Shown here: positions 23,726-37,045 of the stretch, piece by piece
Layout: each line of letters begins with the position of its first letter
Numbering within the stretch: the stretch's first letter is position 1
Assembly (NCBI RefSeq): GCF_006345805.1
Contig: NC_043016.1
Location: 19,716,001-19,780,000 of the forward strand
Origin: Octopus sinensis
Taxonomy: Eukaryota
Direction: 5' to 3'
Length of the DNA: 64,000 bases
Notes under the pieces: model-generated
Seen by the model: the letters and a program-made list of their open reading frames with translations, nothing else
Told to the model about the DNA's origin: nothing
Database searches by the model: none
Program-made: the position numbers and the translations under genes

Positions 23726-23950
23726 TCCTTTAGCATTCAGATGAGTTTCTCAAATGCAGTGCTTATTTACTCACATTGTTATTAACTAGTCATGCATTAT
23801 CTTGTAGCTTTAAGATTTCAATGATGTGATTGTTTTGTTTATTTTTTGAAAGCGCCTTGTAGAGTAGTTGTGAAAGTTGTATATGGCCAGTTTGAACATA
23901 AAACAGGTAGAATAGTTTGGCCGGATATCACTGGTTTAAATGCTAAATGG
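23726..23950. mobile_element. piggyBac-like MITE
   Basis: TTAA|tcctttagcatt ... aatgctaaatgg|TTAA: short TIRs with TTAA on both sides. Confidence 0.75.
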
Positions 23951-24511
23951 TTAAGCTCAAAAGGCACTTTGATTGTCTGGAGAAAACAGGACAACTGTGG
24001 ACATGTATTTCTGTATGAATAGTCTAGTTTTTGTTTTTGTGCCATAAAATCATAAAAGTGTTAATATGAATTCATACAACTTAGAAATGTAGTTTCTAAT
24101 GTGTTAATTTATATGAGATAAACAGGAATTTTTGAACTGTGGTTTCATTTGTACATGTCAATGGGTTTGAAAATAACAGTCTCAAATTTTGCCTCTGGAC
24201 CAGCTGTTTTGGAGAGGAGGGGGAAGTTGATTTCTGTGACCCTAGTACTATTTATTTTAATAGGTTGGTAAAAGACACCAATAATACCAAACTTAAAAGA
24301 TAAGTAAGTACTAGAATTGGACTAAAATCTTTCGACACAGTCCAATGACTGAAACAAGTAAAAGATAAAAATTGATGTCTCACTGTGAAAACCTGTATTA
24401 TTATGTTTTTCATCTGTTCAATTAACAACAATTAGTTATGCTGTATTATTATTTTTTTAAATTTTTCTTTCTCTCCCTTTTTTTTTTTTATGTGTGTGTG
24501 TTTCCAAATAG

Positions 24512-24635
24512 TAGTGACCTGGGCAGATGAACCTCAGATTGCAGTTCCTGCGAAACCACTAGACAAAGATGGTGATCAATCACCTAAGCACCATTTCAGT
24601 CCAGAAATTGCTGCAGACGTAACAACAGAGCCTGA
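24512..24635 (+). CDS. Coding exon of the + strand gene (VVTWADEPQIAVPAKP..VTTEP), phase 1 to 2
   Basis: Acceptor gtgtttccaaatag, donor GA|gttagt; G+TA continues the 17305 frame with no stop. Confidence 0.8.
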
Positions 24636-25152
24636 GTTAGTATAATTTTTCTGTACCTAATTTTGATTTTTCGATGTATTTTAGTCAGTGGTAGATTTAA
24701 TTATTTTATCAGTCATGAATTTGGGCCTTATATATCATAAATAACTACTGATTAAAGTTTGATCACTGCCATTTAAGATGTTAGTTTAATTTTGTTATAA
24801 ATGGCTGGTGATTACAATGTGATTACTGTCAACTGTGCTGTTAGTAGATTTGCGTCATAAATGTATTATGATGTTGGTAGATTTGTGTCATAAATGCTTT
24901 CTGTGATGTTGGCATATTTGATCATAAAAGTAATGACTTAACTAAACTACTCAAGTCAGCTAGTAAAGTCCATGCATTTTTGTCAGAAGTAATTATGTGC
25001 TTTGTTTTAAACTCTGATTTTTTCTTAACAACTTATCTATTAAAATGACTATGTCAGACCTCAGCCGTCATGAAAACTATAGCAATTAAATTATTATAGA
25101 AAGAGTGGTGTTTCTCAACAAAATTAAAATCTATTATTGTTTTCATTTTCAG

Positions 25153-25156
25153 TTGA
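25153..25156 (+). CDS. Candidate terminal exon of the + gene (completes GAT, then TGA)
   Basis: Strong acceptor tattgttttcattttcag; GA|T TGA gives ..TTEPD*; ATTAAA at 25426. Confidence 0.4.
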
Positions 25157-25437
25157 AGCAGTTTAAATTCTAAATTATGCTACTAAAACATTTTTTTTTT
25201 CTTGAAAAAGATGTATACAAATTCTTTTACTCTTTCCTAACCAAAAATATATGGTCTTTTTATCTAATCATCAGAAAGTAATATTTCATGTTAAAATTCT
25301 TTTTATTATACCTCCCCCATCTTTGCAATGACCTGTTATGATTTGGAATTTCAAAAGATCTTTAGAACTATGTTGATTTATTTGGGTTTGGCAAAGGTGA
25401 AAGTGGTACAGTACATAATCAAAAGATTAAAAGCTTT

Positions 25438-25485
25438 CTACAATAGTTCAATGTGTTTTGCTACTGAGCAGAGCACAAAATCCTG
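25438..25485 (-). CDS. Candidate terminal exon of the - gene (QDFVLCSVAKHIELL*), phase 0
   Basis: Acceptor cacctttatgatttcag; fits the phase-0 end of 27941; minus-strand AATAAA at 25382 and 25307. Confidence 0.4.
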   Translation of the reverse strand, partial: QDFVLCSVAKHIELL

Positions 25486-25639
25486 CTGAAATCATAAAGG
25501 TGATTAACTCTTTCGTTACTGTATTTATTTTGAGATGCTCTGTGTTTCTTTCAATTACTTTAAATATAACAAAGAATTTAGTAAAATATTTTGGTATCAT
25601 TAAGCTAGTGTTAGGAACATAAATTGTGACTAAGGTTTG

Positions 25640-27110
25640 GTGGAAGATTTTAATTCAAAACTCATGAAAACAAGACATTTGTACTCAGAGCCAGAGCCGG
25701 TTTCAGCCGGGTAAGCACTACAAAGTGGCAAGGTCACTGAGGAGGAAGAAATTTGGCCTGCTTTAGATGTTAAAAACTTTAAGCACAGACGGTAGTCTTT
25801 GGCTGATTGTGTATGCCAGGTGGCTTGCACTTCTAGAAAAAGATACCAAAGCAATGACAATCTGGGATGGTAATCCCAATTAAAAAAGTACTTTAATTAT
25901 AGATGAATCTCTTTGTTGAGGAATCTCATCGTTGAGCATCTCCAATTGTACATTAGGTACCTGAAAAAGAAATGTAAGGAAATTGTCAATCCCAAACTGA
26001 AGTACAGTGTGGTTTGTGTCCTGGACACAGCACAACCAACCAGATATTCACTCATGGTATGTCTTCCAGAAATTGTGGGAATATTGCTTAAAGGCTTTGT
26101 AGACTTTGGAAAGACATGTGATTGCATGTCATGCCAAACCTTCCACTGAATGTCATGAAACATGCTGTGGAGGGCTGAGGGCTTTGCATGATTTTGAGTT
26201 TAATGAGTAACTTTTGGATGCTGCAAAGTCCCTATTATGAATGCCTGAACATTTATGTTTGGGTAAATGGTGATAAGTCAAAATCTTTCAACATGGCAGT
26301 TGAACCTCAGCAGGAATGTGTATACTTTTTCATAATTTTTATGAACTGGATTGACACGTGCAGCTCTTGTGGAAATGGCATCACAGTCAGTGTTTAGCTT
26401 TCATTGGCTGCTATAGTGTGTAGTGTGCTACTTGACTCATCAGAAGATGACCTCCAGCATGCATTGAATAGGTTCGTTGGTGAAAGCTGCCAAGCGAGGA
26501 AGAGAATTAATGTTGTAAAGACTGAGACAAGACATTGACCTTCTCAAGAAAGTCTTTCCAATACACTCTACATGTTATTGGAATATCACTGAGCCAAGTG
26601 GAGACGTTCAAGTATCTCAGGGCTGTATTCATGAGTAATGGGAAGCAGTAAGTTGAATTGGACACTAGAATAGCAGATGCACACATAGTAATGTGCAAGC
26701 ACCAGTATTTGATCCTCAGAGGAGAAGTTGATAAAAAAAGACAAAATTGCTATCTTCAATTTGGTTTCCGTTGCCTGTCCTCACCTATAGTCACAAATGT
26801 TGGGTAATATTTGAAACAGCACAATTGCACATACAAATGGCCAAGATAGGGTTCCTCTGAAGAATCTCTGAAAGAAAGTTACTCAACAGGATGTATATAT
26901 ATAACCCAGAGATCAGTGTCTTTTCAGAGTGAGCCACTGCTTTTCTGCATTGAGTAGTCATAACTCCAGTAACTATTGAAATGTAATTACAAGGTTAAAG
27001 GAAAGAATTGCAATATGGACTCTTCAAGCTGAACTAACTGGTAGGAGACCTGGGAGTTGACCATAGATTCCCAGTTGGTCAGGCTTGGGAATCTTGCTGG
27101 AAAGTGTAAT
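25640..27110 (+). mobile_element. Decayed RTE-clade LINE RT region
   Basis: Degenerate motifs: EIVNPKL, QCG-like/HSTTNQIF, FVDFGK, FIIFMNWID, DLQHALNRF, VETFKYL, LTY.H.CW. Confidence 0.8.
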
Positions 27111-27940
27111 AACAATTGCTTCTGATTGGACCCTGTGGAAGCGGTGCCTGAGGATTTTTACCTCCATGACTCTCTCAGAAATAGTTAGTGGAAAATATGG
27201 AGGTCAGGTCACTTTTGAGTGTCAGGTTGTTCTTGAGTGCTACTGGCAATATGTAACACAGTACAACCTGTCAGGTTGTCAGAGACTAAACTGGTGACCC
27301 CCACCGGGCTTGCTTGGTAAAGAGGGTGGTTATTGAATACCCTGCAGGGTGAAAAACAAGACCTGTCAAAAAGGGGTGGAGAAACTCAAAGTCAACAGCC
27401 ACCCAGTAGTGTGTGTGTGTGTGTGTGATGTTGTAGTAGGACTGTGTGTGTGGCTATCATCTTTCAACTTTTTTAACTTCTTATTTATTTGTGTGTGTGT
27501 GTGTGTGTATATATACACCCATATGTTGTGTGGGCACTGGCAGTAAAGATTAGGTTCAACATATCCTTAGGTGAAGTAAAAGTTCTCTAAAGGGCTCACC
27601 AACTCTCAGTGCCAAGCAAAGCATGGATGGCAACACCTCTGAATGACAATGCATCAATAATAATCAATCAATGGGTGGATGGATGGATGGATTCCCCATA
27701 ATAACCTGAATTGACTCTCGTCTAGAGATAATGCTTACCCTGACAAGTGGAGAATCATATTCTACTCATGCTTGCTTTCAATTTGTATGTGTGTGCACGT
27801 GTGTACATGTGTATATCACTTATTGATGACTTTCTCCCTCCAAACTTTTGGCAAATTGCTTATTAACCATACCTGTACTCAAGAAATTTATAGTAGATTA
27901 TTATATAAATACTAGATTATATAAAGATGAGATATCTTAC

Positions 27941-28015
27941 TTGATGTGCTAGCAAATCCTGCCAATCCACTGCTCCTTGGACTGGTATTTCATTTATCAA
28001 CCCCATTGCATCCCA
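27941..28015 (-). CDS. Coding exon of an unidentified - strand gene (WDAMGLINEIPVQGAVDWQDLLAHQ), phase 0 to 0
   Basis: Long pyrimidine tract ending tcccacag, donor CAA|gtaaga, 75 nt, only one open frame. Confidence 0.65.
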
Positions 28016-28723
28016 CTGTGGGATTTGAACACGGAGTGCAGAAAAGCAGAACAAGAACACCAGAAGGAATTTTTATCTGGCACTCTTATGACTCTGTTGA
28101 TTCTCTGACTGGCATTATCCATTTTATCTTGTCTTTGATCACAAAAGATATCTGACGGAATCTTACTTGCTTTTTTTTTCTGTTTTTTTTTTTCTTCTTT
28201 CCATTGTAACATTGATAAAAGGTGTGGGTGATGGTGGTGGTGGTGGGGGAACAAGATATCAACTGTTCTCTTACATCATAAAATGTCTGAGATCCTAAAT
28301 GAGCAAATATATTATCACAGATAATAAGATGGTTTGTGGATGTGGTTGCATGTGTGTAGGGGCGGGGACGTTTTGGTGAGGATAAGGGGGAACTACACAC
28401 CCAGTCCTGCTGAAGTAGTCATAGATAAAATGAAATAAAATAAAATATACTCCATAACTTCCTTCTTAACATGCGATTTACTGATTGTATCTATTTGATA
28501 ATGTATGTATATATAGATATATATGATTCACTCACACACACACACACACACACGAATCACACTTACACTCAAATGCCTGCGTGCACACACGCATATGTAT
28601 ATGATTCATACACACTTCCTGAATCATTTTTGAAATTACTTTTGATGATGATGATGATGATACTGGTGATAGTAGTGAGGATAGGAAGAAGTGTGTGTAT
28701 GTATGTATGTATTATATAATATA

Positions 28724-28759
<36 letters not shown>

Positions 28760-28761
<2 letters not shown>

Positions 28762-29161
28762 CTCTTTTTACTCTTTACTCTTTTACTTGTTTCAGTCATT
28801 TGACTGCGGCCATGCTGGAGCACCGCCTTTAATCAAGCAACTCGACCCCGGGACTTATTCTTTTGTAAGCCCAGTACTTATTCTATCGGTCCCTTTTGCC
28901 GAACCGCTAAGTAACGGGGACATAAACACACCAGCATCGGTTGTCAAGCAATGCTAGGGGGACAAATACAGTCACACAAACACACACACGCATATATATA
29001 TACGACGGGCTTCTTTCAGTTTCCGTCTACCAAATCCACTCACAAGGCTTTGGTCGGCCCGAGGCTATAGTAGAAGACACTTGCCCAAGGTGCCATGCAG
29101 TGGGACTGAACCCAGAACCATGTGGTTGGTAAACAAGCTACTTACCACACACCCACTCCTA
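28760..29161 (-). mobile_element. SINE family A, full length, young
   Basis: Family match, adjacent to (TA)n. Confidence 0.94.
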
Positions 29162-29247
29162 TGCCTATATATGTATATATATTTTTTTTTTTTATGTTCC
29201 AGCTAAGAGCTGTGGCCATGCTGATGCACCGCTGTTATATATATATA

Positions 29248-29537
29248 TCACCGTGACCGACCAGGCTATCAGATGTTGTTACACATCGCTAGTCACAATG
29301 CGCTTCACATTGTTTTAGCCTTCAAATGACGCCACCCCGTTGGCTAAGCGAGCAGGCCAACAGAAGAAAGAGTGAAAGAAAGTTGTGGCGAAAGAGTACA
29401 GCAGGGATCGCCGGAGCCTCGTGGGGAATTAGGTGTTTTTGCTCAATAAACACTCACAACGCCTGGTCTGGGAATCAAAACCACGATCCTACGACCGCGA
29501 GTCTGCTGCCCTAACCACTGGGCCATTGCGCCTCCAC
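29248..29537 (-). mobile_element. SINE family C
   Basis: Matches 13533, with a short internal deletion. Confidence 0.92.
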
Positions 29538-30094
29538 ACACATATATATGTATATGTATATGTGTGTGTGTATGTAGATAGGTGTGAGTGTTAGGTGTGT
29601 GGAGGTTGGAAGAAGAATAGTGATGACATTACAGTGGTGGGTGGTGTTGTTAAACCCCAGGTTTGTCTTGGATGACATTTGATGGAAATCACTCCAGACA
29701 GTAGTGATGATGGCATCGGTGGTGGGCAGTGATGAGCAGTCATGCGTGTGATGACGATGCTAGTGGTGACAGTAAGCCGATGTTGGTGGAGACTGAGGTG
29801 TTGTGCCTTTGGTTGTGGAAACGGTGATAGGAAGTCGTGGTGTGGTCGGTACTCATTATTAATGTTGATAATGATGATGATGATGGTGATTGTAGTTGGA
29901 GGTGGTGGCAGTGATGAAGATTAGACACCATTTGGAGAATCTGGTTGAAGATCTACTTTGCCTTACTGAAATTTATCTGGTTGAATATATTTCTGGGTAT
30001 AAGTACATGCATGTGTGCTTGTCATACATGTATATGCATGAGTTTGTTATGTATGTAATGCATATGTCTCTCTCTCTCTCTCTCTTCCTCTCTC

Positions 30095-30138
<44 letters not shown>

Positions 30139-30481
30139 AAATAAGCAACAAGGATATCCAGAGGCAATGCAGTACGATCGTTTCATGTGACTCCATTTAA
30201 TTGAACAATGCAAACATTACATCGATTTAAAATGTAGAGCAATCTTCAGCTGCACAAAGACATAGAATTTTATTAAATTAGGACACATTAGTATAATTTT
30301 ACCCAAAATCTCCAAGTGGTTAATTTGTAGATGATAACTGATTAGGAAAGAGCATGTCCATGTCTTCTGTGTGAATTTTCCAAATGTGTTCCCTTGTCAT
30401 CTTTCTGTGCAATTTTTGAATATATATGTGTGTGTATGCGTGTATATATATATATAGATAGATATATAGATAATGTGTGTG

Positions 30482-30780
30482 TGAAGGTGCATGGTTTAGT
30501 GGTTAGGGCATTTGGCTTATGATTGTAAGGTTGCAAGTTCGATTCCTGGTGATGTGTTGTATCCTTGAGCAAGACACTTTATTTCATGTTGCTCCAGTCC
30601 ATTCAGCTGGCAAAAATGAGTAGAACATGTATTTCTAAGGGCCAGCCTTGTCTCCCTGAGAACTACATCAAGGGTACATGTGTCTGTGGAGTGCTCAGCC
30701 ACTTTCACGTTAATTTCATGAGCAAGCCGTTCTGTTAATCGTATCAGCTGGGACCCTCATTGTCGTAACTGACAGAATGC
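30482..30780 (+). mobile_element. SINE family D
   Basis: ggtttagtggttagggcatt..gttcgattcc..tccttgagcaagacact..gtgtctgtggagtgctcagccac tail. Confidence 0.85.
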
Positions 30781-30791
30781 TTGTGTGTGTG

Positions 30792-30827
<36 letters not shown>

Positions 30828-31002
30828 TGATAGAAATGGTAAGACAACAAAGAATGAGAGACCTCGATATTATGTAAATAGAGGAATTTATCTATAAATA
30901 TAATGTGACATGCTGAATAATTGTCACATTTACATATATATATTTATACAAGGATATCCAGAGGTGATGAATGAATACATATATATATTTTTAGTTAATC
31001 CA

Positions 31003-31130
31003 AACAAGAAAGCACGAAAAAACACAACAACGCGAGGACGTGGAACAAATGTAGTATTATTGGATGCTCAGGAAAGAAGGAGGGTTTAACGTTTCGAGCA
31101 GAGCTCTTCGTCGGAAACGTAGGAGAAGGA
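31003..31130 (-). mobile_element. Short interspersed repeat carrying a hammerhead-like motif
   Basis: Collinear with 53206-53357; both lie next to (TA)n. Confidence 0.8.
31084..31118 (-). ncRNA. Minimal type I hammerhead-ribozyme-like motif (variant core CCGACGA)
   Basis: Minus strand reads GUUU-CCGACGA-A-GAGC(UCU)GCUC-GAA-ACGU-U-AAAC. Confidence 0.45.
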
Positions 31131-31707
31131 TATATATAGGTGTGTGTGTGTGTATGTATATAAATTAAAGAATGTAGCTTTGTAAAACCTGAACAATGTG
31201 AGAAGGTACAAAGTGAATTACAAAAGGTAAAGAAAACGGAACTAAGGTGCAGTTGTATCTTGTATTTCTATATTTCAGCTTGAAGTCCCTTTCTTCAGGA
31301 CATTCAGAAAAGTGGTAGTTGGAAAAGATTGTTGCTTAGATATACAATATTTCATCAACAGAAGTTAGAAAGGGGCTAACACCCAGCCCTTGAGTTACTT
31401 TGAACTTCTGCCAGCTGTGTATAGATATAGAAAAGTATATGTATACATGTTTGTGAATATATGTGTAATAGTAGTAAGGATGAGAAGAAGTGTGATATAG
31501 ATAGATAGATAGGTAGGTAGATGTGTTAGATGTGTGGAGACTGGGAGAAGAATAGTGATGGCATTATAGTGGTGGGTATTGTTGTTGTTAAGCCCCAGGT
31601 TTGTCTTGGCTGACATTTGGTGAAAATCATTCTAGCTGGGATCTTATTTCCAGACGGCAGCGGTGTATGTATATCTATTTGTCTGTCTGTGTATTTGTGT
31701 ATATATA

Positions 31708-32100
31708 GGTGTAGGAGTGGCTGTGTGTTAAGTAGCTTGCTATCCAACCACATGGTTCTGCATTCAGTCGCACTGCATGGCACCTTGGGCAAGTGTCTTC
31801 TACTATAGCCTTGGGCCGACCAAAGCCTTGTGAGTGGATTTGGTAGATGGAAACTGAAAGAAGCCCGTCGTATATATGTATATATATATATGTATGTGTG
31901 TGTATGGTTGTGTTTCTGTGTTTGTCCCTCCAACATTGCTTGACAACCAATGCTAGTGTGTTTACATCCCTGTCACTTAGTGGTTTGGCAAGAGAGACCG
32001 ATAGAATAAATACCAGGCTTCCAAAGAAGGGGTCGATTTGCTCACGTAAAGGCGGTGCTCCAGCATGACCACAGTCAAATGACTGAAACAAGTGAAAGAA
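31708..32100 (+). mobile_element. SINE family A, full length
   Basis: Family match. Confidence 0.92.
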
Positions 32101-32485
32101 TATGTATGTGTGTGATTAATTGGCCAACCATGAAATAGGTGTTGAACCAGATGCAGACACAATTGCACTGTACCAGTTTCCTCCTCATTCTCATTATTTT
32201 ACATCCATTTCTCCATGATGGCTCATACTGGAGTGTTTTCACATTTGCCACATTCTTGTGTGTCCTTCCTCATCTAGCATAAACATAAGCAACTGCCCAC
32301 CCTCTGCACACACACACAGAGCAACAAAGGAAAACTAACTTTGTTACTGTATATGTCATCTTACTTAATGCATCTTTTTTTTTACAGTAAGGACTAGATG
32401 TGTTTTATTGTGCTAAAGAATCCCTCATTTGCTTATGCTGTCTCTCTATCCATGCATTCTAAACTATAATCAAGCATCATGTTAC

Positions 32486-32540
32486 AAAGTGCCATGCTAT
32501 TTTAGAAAGGTGAATTGGTGCATACTTAGTGAGGGAATTC
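32486..32540 (-). CDS. Coding exon of the - gene (NSLTKYAPIHLSKIAWHF), phase 2 to 0
   Basis: Acceptor ttttttttttcctccctag, donor TTT|gtaaca; TG+G gives Trp with 46059 and phase 0 joins 28015. Confidence 0.55.
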
Positions 32541-32609
32541 CTAGGGAGGAAAAAAAAAATCAACCCCCTAGATATAGTTGAGAGATTTTTTAGGTTTAGC
32601 CAGTAAAGT

Positions 32610-32656
<47 letters not shown>

Positions 32657-33019
32657 TGCAAACCAGAGACATTGCATCCAATGACACTGAACATGTCTAA
32701 TGTGTCGTAGTTTCTCTCTCCACACTCCACTAGTCTTAGAAACTCTTTAAAGCTTATGGGCATTGACCAACTTTTCTTCCTTTAACTAAGCTGCGAGAGA
32801 GTACGTACATATTATTTCGCATACTAGTGTCAAAATTGACTGGATTTATTTGATTGTAAATCTAGATTTTGTTACAGCAAAAGAAAATTATTCAGTATTC
32901 CTTGATTACAATTTTCTTTGAAGATACTTGATTTTTTGAGTTTTGTTAGATCTTTTTTTATTTTTCGGTATGTAATATCAAGTTAGTCCTTGTTTTACAT
33001 CAGAGCGTGAAAAAGTTGA

Positions 33020-33175
33020 CCCTTTGAAATACAGGTACTATTCAATTTTGCCAGCTGAGTGAACAACAGCAATGTGAAATAAAGTGCCTTGCTCAAGGGC
33101 GCAATGCATTGCCAGGAATTGAACTCATGACCTTATGGCTGTGAGCCAAATGCCCTAACCACTGAACCATGCACC

Positions 33176-33180
<5 letters not shown>
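33020..33180 (-). mobile_element. SINE D 5' fragment
   Basis: Reverse complement matches the D head and the cttgagcaag body. Confidence 0.75.
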
Positions 33181-33216
<36 letters not shown>

Positions 33217-33286
33217 TATATGCCTTGATGTAAAATACAAATTATTTTACAGACAGTCCAGGATATTATTTTGACTTGTTGTTGAA

Positions 33287-33664
33287 AGCACTCCGTCGGT
33301 TACGACGAGGGTTCCGGTTGATCCGAATCAACGGAACAGCCTGCTCGTGAAATTAACATATAAGTGGCTGAGCACTCCACAGACACGTGCACCCTTAACG
33401 TAGTTCTCGGGGATATTCAGCGTGACACAGAGAGTGACAAAGGCCGCCCTTTGAAATACAGGTACAACAGAAACAGAAATAAGAGTGAGAGAAAGTTGTG
33501 GTGTGAAAGAGTACAGCAGGGATCACCACTACCCCCTGCCGGAGCCTCGTGGAGCTTTTAGGTGTTTTCGCTCAATAAACACTCAAAACGCCCGGTCTGG
33601 GAACCGAAACCGCGATCCTATGACCGCGAGTCCGCTGCCCTAACCACTGGGCCATTGCGCCTCC
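33287..33664 (-). mobile_element. Young SINE with a family C head and a family D tail
   Basis: About 33480-33664 matches C; about 33287-33465 matches the D tail; CpGs intact. Confidence 0.9.
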
Positions 33665-34195
33665 TATTATTTTGACTGATATGATGTATTTGTGAAATTA
33701 TCTTATGGTAAAAGGTTAGTTTTAGTTAATCTTTGCATTTTTAAGAGTTGCTGTTACTTCTACTAGTCCTTCATATTGATTGGCGTTTTGTGATTAAAAT
33801 TTTGCCGGTAGAAACTATGCAGATATCCATGGTGTATGTATGTATGTATGTATGTGTGTGTGTTTGTGTTCATGCTTACACTCTTTAAAACCAGTATTAT
33901 TGCTTGCGTCCCATAACTTAGTGATTCAGTATATGCAGATCAATGAAATCAACATGGGGTTCATGTGACTGATTAAAGCACTTAAGTCCGTATGACATGA
34001 TTTACTTGCCATTGGCTCAGATGCCAGATATGCGACACTGGCATCGGCCATGATTACGATTTCACTTGGTTTGACGGGTCCTCTCAAGCACAGCATATTG
34101 CCCAGCGATTTCACTCGGCTTGATGGGTTTTCTCATGCCAACTTAGCTATAGTCCAATGACTGAAATAAATATAAGAATAAAAAACATATAAAGT

Positions 34196-34345
34196 GCAGG
34201 AGTGGCTGTATGGTGAGAAGCTTGCTTACCAACCACATGGTTCCAGGTTCAGTCCCACCGTATGGCACCTTGGGTAAGTGTCTTCTGCTATAACCTCAGT
34301 CTGACCAAAGTCTTGTGAATGAATCTAGTAGATGGAAACTGAATG
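34196..34345 (+). mobile_element. SINE A 5' half
   Basis: gcaggagtggctgtatggt..ggttcagtcccac..gaaactgaatgaagctcgtc. Confidence 0.85.
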
Positions 34346-35305
34346 AAGCTCGTCATATATATATATATATATATATATATAAGTTTTAATATAAAATATG
34401 AACATTTTGTCCAGAACTAGACATTAAGACTGGATCTGGTTGTGAGGCTCCAACTTCGGAGCTCATGAATTTTGGAGACTATGGAATTACCTCTTAGTCA
34501 TCACTACTCTCAACTGTGCTCTGACCCAGGGTGGTAGTACCTGTCAAGAGTCCCAAATATGGGTCAAATAGCAGAAAATGGTCCTATGGCTAAGGTATGC
34601 AGGATTCAGTGGCGGGCTGATCCCCAGGCATGTCACATGAGTTAGCTAGTGTGCAGACATGCTCTGATGTCATGTGAAGTGACCCCTGCCTAAGGGGTTA
34701 ATAGGCTCTATGTTTTATGAGTAAGCTTGGGAGGCAAGAGATATTCAGAGTAAACAGTAAATACCCTTACAGAAGGTAATTGCAAACCATTGCTATATCT
34801 TTTCCAATTTTCAAATTTTGGCTTGGGAGTTCACGGTCACTGACACCTAAGCATATGAAGAGAGTCGAACATTTTAAAACGGGCAACTTTGTATCATAAA
34901 AACAAGCATGGGCTCAGCCAGGGCTCATCATCATTTAACATCTATTTTCCATGCTGGCAAAAAGTTACTGTATATAATAATGATAAAAGATTTTAATTTG
35001 AAATATAGACATTTTAGAAGTCAGGTTTTGTATCCAATAACATTAGGTACATAACTAAACAAGAATTAGAGAGAGTTAACAGCAAAAGACCCAAGAGTAT
35101 CTCAAGTTGAGTTATCAAAAAGGTTAAAGTCTTTTTGTTCTTTTTTTTTTGAAAATGCCAAGAAGAATGAATCTTGTTATATCCAACTGTTTTTTTTTTT
35201 TTTTTTTCATTTTCTTAAGTTGTAGTGGACATTCTTTACCATTTTATCATGTCATTCATTTTCACTACTGTCTCTCTTTTTCTTTCACGTATACTCCTCT
35301 CTCAC

Positions 35306-35340
<35 letters not shown>

Positions 35341-35958
35341 TTTCTCCTTCACATATCACATCTATCTCGCTACTGCTCTCTCACTCATCCCCCCTCTCTC
35401 TCTGTTATTCGCTGCACATCTTTTCCTATCATTTATTGTCTCATTCTCTTTGTGTTATTTCCCCTTCTCGTGTTACATCTCTCCATCTCTCATTCAATTT
35501 TATGTCTTTCTGTTATTATTTCCTTCTTCCCTCTATTATCTATTATTTTTCTCTTTAATTTAAAATGTCCTTTTTGTGCCCCCCCCCCCTTAAATTTACT
35601 TTCATTTAATATAAAATCAGACACAGACCTTAGAAAGCTCTCCTGTAATTAGAGACTTGTTTTGATTTCCTTTCTTTCTGGAGAAGAATCTCTAATAGCA
35701 TTGTAATTAGAAACATTGCTGTTTTTATTGTTGTTCCCCCAGTCCCATCCCACCCTCCACCAACATTGTATTCTATGGAATCATATAATTTCACAATAAA
35801 ACTATTTCACATCTGCTAAGAAGTTAAAACAAAATGCAAAATCCTTACTACAAGATAAACAAGCATGGTGGTGCTGGTGGCAGAGTCCATCATTATCCAT
35901 TCTCTATTCTTTGTTTTCTTTACCTACCTGGGTGATGGAGAGGAATTAGTTTATATTA

Positions 35959-35995
<37 letters not shown>

Positions 35996-36837
35996 CATTT
36001 CCCTTTTTTTTTTCCCCCCTTCTTGTAATCTTTGCAGATGGGATTAGGATGGTTGGTTGGTTGGGTTGAAAATAAATAAGTCACCCCATAACATTTGTTC
36101 CCTTAATAAGGGTACATGGTGTTATTTACTTTTTGGCATAACACCCAAAAAGTTACTTCCAGTAATTCAATCCTTATTTTAGCTTGGCACCTATTTTCTG
36201 ATGATTATAGTTGTTGATGCCCTTGTTTTTTGGTGGGTGGGGGGGTTGTTCTTTTTTTTTTTTTTGCAATAATATTACCATTGTTTGCTTCAGATTTTGT
36301 TTTCTGTTTGTTGTTATTATTTGGTTGTTATTCTGTTCTGTGGGGGTGTTTCTTCCTTTAAGCTTTAGCTGCCTTTTTTCTCTTTCCTTGCTATCAGCAC
36401 TCAGGGAATTGTATGTATAAAGAGATATGAAATGATGTGTACCTCTAGGGAAATATGTTACATGTATTTCTGTTTATTTAGAACTTCCATAATGAAAGAA
36501 AGCTATTTTCCATTTTTCTGCAGACCATTTTTAACCCTTTTTTTTTTCCATTATTGTTTACTAATAATGTATTCTTAACAGTATTCAGTTAATGGTTCCT
36601 TACCCAAGTCAAAGTATATCTTTAAATAATTTACTGAAGTAACAATACATCCTGATGGCAGTAGTAGTGGGGGTTAAGAATAAATATTTAATTCATGATC
36701 ATAAAAAAGAAAACTGTAGCCATCACTCACAAGCAAATAGCAGATGGAAGCATGAGGTTCATGCTTTCATTGCTTTGCATACCTATGTAATTAATCACAA
36801 GCAGATATTGACCCCCTTCTTTACCCTTCCACTCTTT

Positions 36838-37045
36838 ATCATCATCATCATCGTCATTTAACGTCCGCTTTCCATGCTAGCATGTGTTGGACAATTTGAC
36901 TGAGGGCTGGCGAACCAGATGGCTGCACCAGGCTTCAATCTTGATCTGGCAGAGTTTCTACAGCTGGATGCCCTTCCTAACGCCAACCACTCCGAGAGTG
37001 TAGTGGGTGCTTTTACATGCCACCGGCACGGGCCCAGTCAGGCAG
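36838..37045 (-). mobile_element. SINE family E
   Basis: (CAT)n tttaacgtccgctttccatgctagcatg; near-identical to 51372. Confidence 0.9.

Noticed and set aside
23839-24045. Protein-like ORFs on both strands
   Set aside because: They lie largely within the TTAA-flanked MITE and have no usable splice sites.
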